A stretch of DNA of 64,000 bases from an uncultured virus (IMG/VR IMGVR_UViG_3300032132_000753) (Duplodnaviria > Heunggongvirae > Uroviricota > Caudoviricetes), in IMG/VR virus record IMGVR_UViG_3300032132_000753. One strand, written 5' to 3'. The translations under genes and the position numbers were made by a program. Positions 60,016 to 64,000 of this stretch are shown here, piece after piece; position 1 is the stretch's first letter, and every line of letters starts with the position of its first letter. Below the pieces are notes generated by a model that did not search any database, was not told the DNA's origin, and saw only the letters and a program-made list of their open reading frames with translations.

Positions 60016-63000
60016 ATGGGTATTATCGTACGTGGAAAAGACTCTGCATCTGGCCAGAATAGAGAAGCTCTATTACCAGATGAACTGCTTACCAAAAGCG
60101 GTGAATCCCTATCGCCGTTATTCAACGACGGAACTTTCCTAGCACGTAGTCAAAGCACTACCGTAACAGGTTCACACACGTTCGCCCAAGGTGAAAACGT
60201 CGTAACTGATGGTACAAACCTCTTCGCGCAAGGGTTTGGAATTGGCATCGGAGCTGATGGCTCAGAAGTTTTCGCTCAGGGTTATAATGTCAACATTGCC
60301 GCTGATTCTGACAACGTTTTCGCTCAAGGTTTTGGAATTAGCGTACAAACTAATGATCCTACTGTAGGTCCAGACGACGTTTTTGCCCAAGGTTCAGCAA
60401 TAAATACAGCTGGGCAAGCCGTGTTTGCCCAAGGTTATAACAACGACGTTTACGGCAATTACAACCTAGCTCAAGGTAAAAATCTAACAATTGGTGGACC
60501 TACTAGCACCGAATGGTTTAATTTAGTACAAGGTCTTGACATCGACGTTCAAGGCAGCCGTGTCTTCGCTCAAGGGCGTGACATCACCGTTGATAAAAGT
60601 CGCGGATTCGCTCAAGGCTCCGACATTACTTTATCCTCGTACCACGGTTTTGCTAGTGGTACTGATATCCGAATCTTAGCTAATAGTTCTGCTGGAATTG
60701 GTAACGACATTTACGTTACTGATTACTTCTCATTCGCCCAAGGGCGTGACATCATCATTAATGATAGTCGAACGCCAACTAACGGCGGAGGCGGAACAGC
60801 CCGTGGAGCGTTCGCCCAAGGATACAAAGTCCACGTCTATGACCCATATGTCTTAGCTCAAGGCTATGATATCACAGTCGGTGAGCCAAACAACGATACT
60901 TCATACTACGTGTTTGCACAAGGCCGTAATATTCAAGCTAGCGGCGATAGCATCTTTATGCAAGGAAGAGACATCTATAGTGTTGGTTCTTCAGATAATG
61001 TGTTCGCGCAAGGTGAAGATATCAGCTTACTTGGGTGCGACTACACTTTAGCGCAAGGAGAAGAAATCACTTGCGCTGATGGTGTCGACTATACTTTGGC
61101 TCAAGGATATGGATTAACTGTCGGATATGACTCAGAAAGAGTCCTAATTCAAGGATATAATAATACTGTTGGTGCTGGAAACGATGATGTTTTCGTTCAA
61201 GGTTATGATGTTGTAACAGCCGATTATGTCAAAGCATCTTTCGCGCAAGGTGACAATGTCGATATGCGCATGGGTAATTCTTTTGCCCAAGGCAGCGACA
61301 TCTATATGGGAACTACCTACCCGTCTGCCGGTTTTCAAAACTTCGCACAAGGTTCCAACATTACTGTACACAATGATTGTGTGCAAGTAATGGCTCAAGG
61401 CGGATTAATCACAGTTGCAACCGATGCTTACGAGATTTTCGCGCAGGGATTTAGTATCAATATTGGAACTCTACCAGTAGGCGCAGGAACATATCTGCAC
61501 AATGTTTTTGCGCAAGGCCGGTTTCTATCTGTTGGCAATGACTCTAACGAAATTTTCGTTCAAGGTAATAACATTACCATGGGCGAGGATAACGATCAAT
61601 TATTCGCGCAAGGCGCGAACATTACAGTTACAGGGTCCAACCAAAACACAAATATGCTACAGGGTTACGACATTACAGTTAGTGATGATGTCATTTTGGC
61701 TCAAGGATGGACTATCAACGTTGCAGGCGATTATGTCCTAGCCCAGGGACGCGACATTGATGTTAATAATGATTATACTTTAGCGCAAGGCTATCACATC
61801 ACTACAAACGGTGATTACTGCTTCGCCCAGGGCTACGAAATCACCACCGCCGCATACGACAACAACTTCGCTCAGGGATACCAAATCGACTTATCATTAG
61901 GTGAAGATGAAGTCTTCGCCCAAGGATGTGATATCACCGTTTATGGTGGCGCTGAAAAAGTCTTCGCCCAAGGCGACAATATCAACATCGGTGGAGATTA
62001 CTGCTTTGGACAAGGCGACGATATTTATCTGCCAGAATTCTCAGATTATTGCCTGGCTCAAGGATACGATATCCGCATCACTAGCCCATCAAAAGCACTA
62101 GACCCTAACGGAATCTCATTAGGACAAGGGTTTAACATTGATATTACCGCGTCACATTGCCTTGCGCAAGGTCGAAACATCCTTATTGAGGCAGACAACT
62201 GCTTCGCACAAGGGTTTGGAAACGACATCGATGCAGCAAACCAAGTCAATAGTTTCGCACAAGGTAACAGCAACTATATTGGCGGTGAAGGATACAACAA
62301 CTTCGTACAAGGCGACAGCAATACAATCTATTATGGATACCACTGCTTCGCCCAAGGATATAGCAATTATGTCGAAGGAAACACAGGAAGCTATGTCTAC
62401 CAAGCTTTCATGCAAGGATACGATAACACAATTTCTTATTCCAACAACAGCATGGCACAAGGGTATACAAACGACATTAGTTCTAATGACGGTCAAAACT
62501 TTGCGCAAGGGTACGAAAACGTTATTACAGGAGAAAGCTGTTTTGTCCAGGGAAATGGCAACTTTATAGACGGAGACAACAACTTCGCACAAGGATCTGA
62601 CATCTCTATAGGCGCTCCATTCTCAACTGATACCGATGCCTGCTTCGCACAAGGATACATGATTACCTTCTCTGATGGGGTTAAATTCTCATTTGTACAA
62701 GGTGCTTATGCCAATGTTACCGCTTCCTACACCATGGCCCAAGGCGCTTATGTTGAAGCTATACGTGAAGGGCAACGTTCGTTCGGATCTAATAGAACTA
62801 CTGGAATTGGCCATGGACAATCTAGTTTCATCGTCAGACATGCCAAAACTACTGACGCAACAGCAACAAATATCATAACGCTAGCTCTAGCTGAAGACAA
62901 GAGTTACATCATCTGGGGTTACGTAATCGCAAGAAACACAACAACAGATGATGAAACAGCATCATTCCGCCTTGGACAGTCTACCGCATATAGGGATACT

Positions 63001-63204
63001 GCCGGGGATGCTGTTTTAATTGGAGCTGGGCCAACGTCACCAATCACTTTCACATCACAAGATTCAGGCGGTGGTAGTGTAGATTGGATAGTTGAAATCT
63101 TGCCGGAAGCTTCATCGGCCAACGTACATATTGAAATCACCGGGGATGCTACTGATACAGTTGAATGGGTAGCACACATTAACTTCTGCGAAGTCGCAGG
63201 ATAA
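60016..63204 (+). CDS. AQG-repeat beta-solenoid fibre/adhesin (YadA-head-like)
   Basis: Dozens of ~14-aa (F/L)AQG-x-x-I repeats; C-terminal TTDATAT domain. Confidence 0.8.
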   Translation: MGIIVRGKDSASGQNREALLPDELLTKSGESLSPLFNDGTFLARSQSTTVTGSHTFAQGENVVTDGTNLFAQGFGIGIGADGSEVFAQGYNVNIAADSDNVFAQGFGISVQTNDPTVGPDDVFAQGSAINTAGQAVFAQGYNNDVYGNYNLAQGKNLTIGGPTSTEWFNLVQGLDIDVQGSRVFAQGRDITVDKSRGFAQGSDITLSSYHGFASGTDIRILANSSAGIGNDIYVTDYFSFAQGRDIIINDSRTPTNGGGGTARGAFAQGYKVHVYDPYVLAQGYDITVGEPNNDTSYYVFAQGRNIQASGDSIFMQGRDIYSVGSSDNVFAQGEDISLLGCDYTLAQGEEITCADGVDYTLAQGYGLTVGYDSERVLIQGYNNTVGAGNDDVFVQGYDVVTADYVKASFAQGDNVDMRMGNSFAQGSDIYMGTTYPSAGFQNFAQGSNITVHNDCVQVMAQGGLITVATDAYEIFAQGFSINIGTLPVGAGTYLHNVFAQGRFLSVGNDSNEIFVQGNNITMGEDNDQLFAQGANITVTGSNQNTNMLQGYDITVSDDVILAQGWTINVAGDYVLAQGRDIDVNNDYTLAQGYHITTNGDYCFAQGYEITTAAYDNNFAQGYQIDLSLGEDEVFAQGCDITVYGGAEKVFAQGDNINIGGDYCFGQGDDIYLPEFSDYCLAQGYDIRITSPSKALDPNGISLGQGFNIDITASHCLAQGRNILIEADNCFAQGFGNDIDAANQVNSFAQGNSNYIGGEGYNNFVQGDSNTIYYGYHCFAQGYSNYVEGNTGSYVYQAFMQGYDNTISYSNNSMAQGYTNDISSNDGQNFAQGYENVITGESCFVQGNGNFIDGDNNFAQGSDISIGAPFSTDTDACFAQGYMITFSDGVKFSFVQGAYANVTASYTMAQGAYVEAIREGQRSFGSNRTTGIGHGQSSFIVRHAKTTDATATNIITLALAEDKSYIIWGYVIARNTTTDDETASFRLGQSTAYRDTAGDAVLIGAGPTSPITFTSQDSGGGSVDWIVEILPEASSANVHIEITGDATDTVEWVAHINFCEVAG

Positions 63205-63229
63205 ACAAAAATAAATCGGAGAACAGATT

Positions 63230-63520
63230 ATGCCACTCGTAGATGTAAAACCCGATCCTAGCCAAGATCCAAACGCTGATGTGTGTGCTGCGAGAGTTCG
63301 TAAACAACTTATTAAAGCACAGCGATCAGCTAAACGCGCATTAAAACAAATTCAAGCTGTTGTTCAAGCTGGTAGCGGCCACGGTATTACTACTGGAAAC
63401 ATCAGGACCAGTTTAGGTGCTGATGATGCCGAAGCACAAACAATACTAACTAAATTAGTCGCACTCGCAAACGATCACGCTAAAACTGGCGATGACGTTC
63501 TGACAAACCCGCTACCGTAA
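63230..63520 (+). CDS. Hypothetical protein
   Basis: GGAG RBS and CAAAAATA upstream. Confidence 0.6.
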   Translation: MPLVDVKPDPSQDPNADVCAARVRKQLIKAQRSAKRALKQIQAVVQAGSGHGITTGNIRTSLGADDAEAQTILTKLVALANDHAKTGDDVLTNPLP

Positions 63521-64000
63521 TTACCCAGCCCAATCTTCTTCCTTGATAAATCCCATGTCGACTAAGAATCGAGATGGGATCGTCCCTATCGGGGTGCTAC
63601 CGTCGACTCTAGTTCCAGACCTTGATAGATAAAGATAATCCCTTGGCCTGGTAACAGCGACATAACAGACTCTGCGCTCCTCCTGGACTTTATTTTCAGC
63701 AATTGATCTCTTATGTGGGAATGTAGATTCCTCTAATCCTGGCACAAATACAACATCGAATTCTAGACCTTTAGCGGCGTGACACGTCATGATTCTAAGA
63801 GCGTCTTCCTCCGACTCTTTGTCACTGTTAGAAATCAACATCACTTCTTGAAGATATTCAGCAACAGAAGGATTACCAGATCGTCGGCAGTAACCGTGGA
63901 ATCCCCTCAAAAGTTCCAAAACATTATCTTCACGGTGTTCATTCTTCTGCTTATCAGTAGACCTAAGATAGTCCAAAAATCCTGATTCCTCAAAAACCGT
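63521..64000 (-). CDS. UvrD/PcrA-family helicase, C-terminal part (frame open to window end)
   Basis: MTCHAAKGLEFDVVF, FPH, EERRVCYVAVTR, PSRFL. Confidence 0.92.
   Translation of the reverse strand, partial: TVFEESGFLDYLRSTDKQKNEHREDNVLELLRGFHGYCRRSGNPSVAEYLQEVMLISNSDKESEEDALRIMTCHAAKGLEFDVVFVPGLEESTFPHKRSIAENKVQEERRVCYVAVTRPRDYLYLSRSGTRVDGSTPIGTIPSRFLVDMGFIKEEDWAG

Noticed and set aside
1..64000. Eukaryotic giant virus (NCLDV) or cellular chromosome origin
   Set aside because: Collagens, GT29 and the glyoxylate shunt could suggest this. The baseplate-wedge domain, SD sites, overlapping stop/starts, bacterial lipoproteins and absence of NCLDV or cellular core genes favour a large phage. No capsid or terminase gene lies in the window, so this remains an inference.
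1..64000. Stop-codon reassignment
   Set aside because: Recognisable enzymes are full length under the standard code and coding density is high

Overview
This is a densely coding window of moderate GC that reads as part of a large tailed (jumbo-like, probably myovirus) bacteriophage genome. The support is a baseplate-wedge-type protein, many fibre proteins, a UvrD helicase, tmk, a tRNA, bacterial-style overlapping stop/start codons and some Shine-Dalgarno sites. The left part (about 1.4-24.5 kb) holds tRNA-Val, a sialidase-like gene, the glyoxylate shunt (aceB-aceA) and a large glycan-biosynthesis cluster. That cluster includes a perosamine-type aminotransferase and acetyltransferase, APS kinase, KdsA, a CMP-ulosonate synthetase, a eukaryote-type GT29 sialyltransferase, GT2/GT4/GT9 enzymes and methyltransferases. 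The right part (about 24.7-63.5 kb) holds acidic putative internal-head proteins that share a short motif, a divergent GGDEF protein, Thr-rich collagen-like fibres, a baseplate protein, giant Cys-rich proteins, an HD hydrolase, SOD, a multidomain glycosyltransferase, a radical SAM enzyme and an AQG-repeat fibre. The most unusual signals are a 196-nt tRNA-like RNA with a large structured insert, an ulosonic-acid virion-glycosylation system built around GT29, a recurrent IAxL(I/L)T(D/E)DPD(I/V)F tag, a GGDEF with altered specificity residues, a PilC/GspF N-terminal mimic, and two recurrent upstream promoter-like motifs. All calls come from reading motifs by eye; no searches were run.
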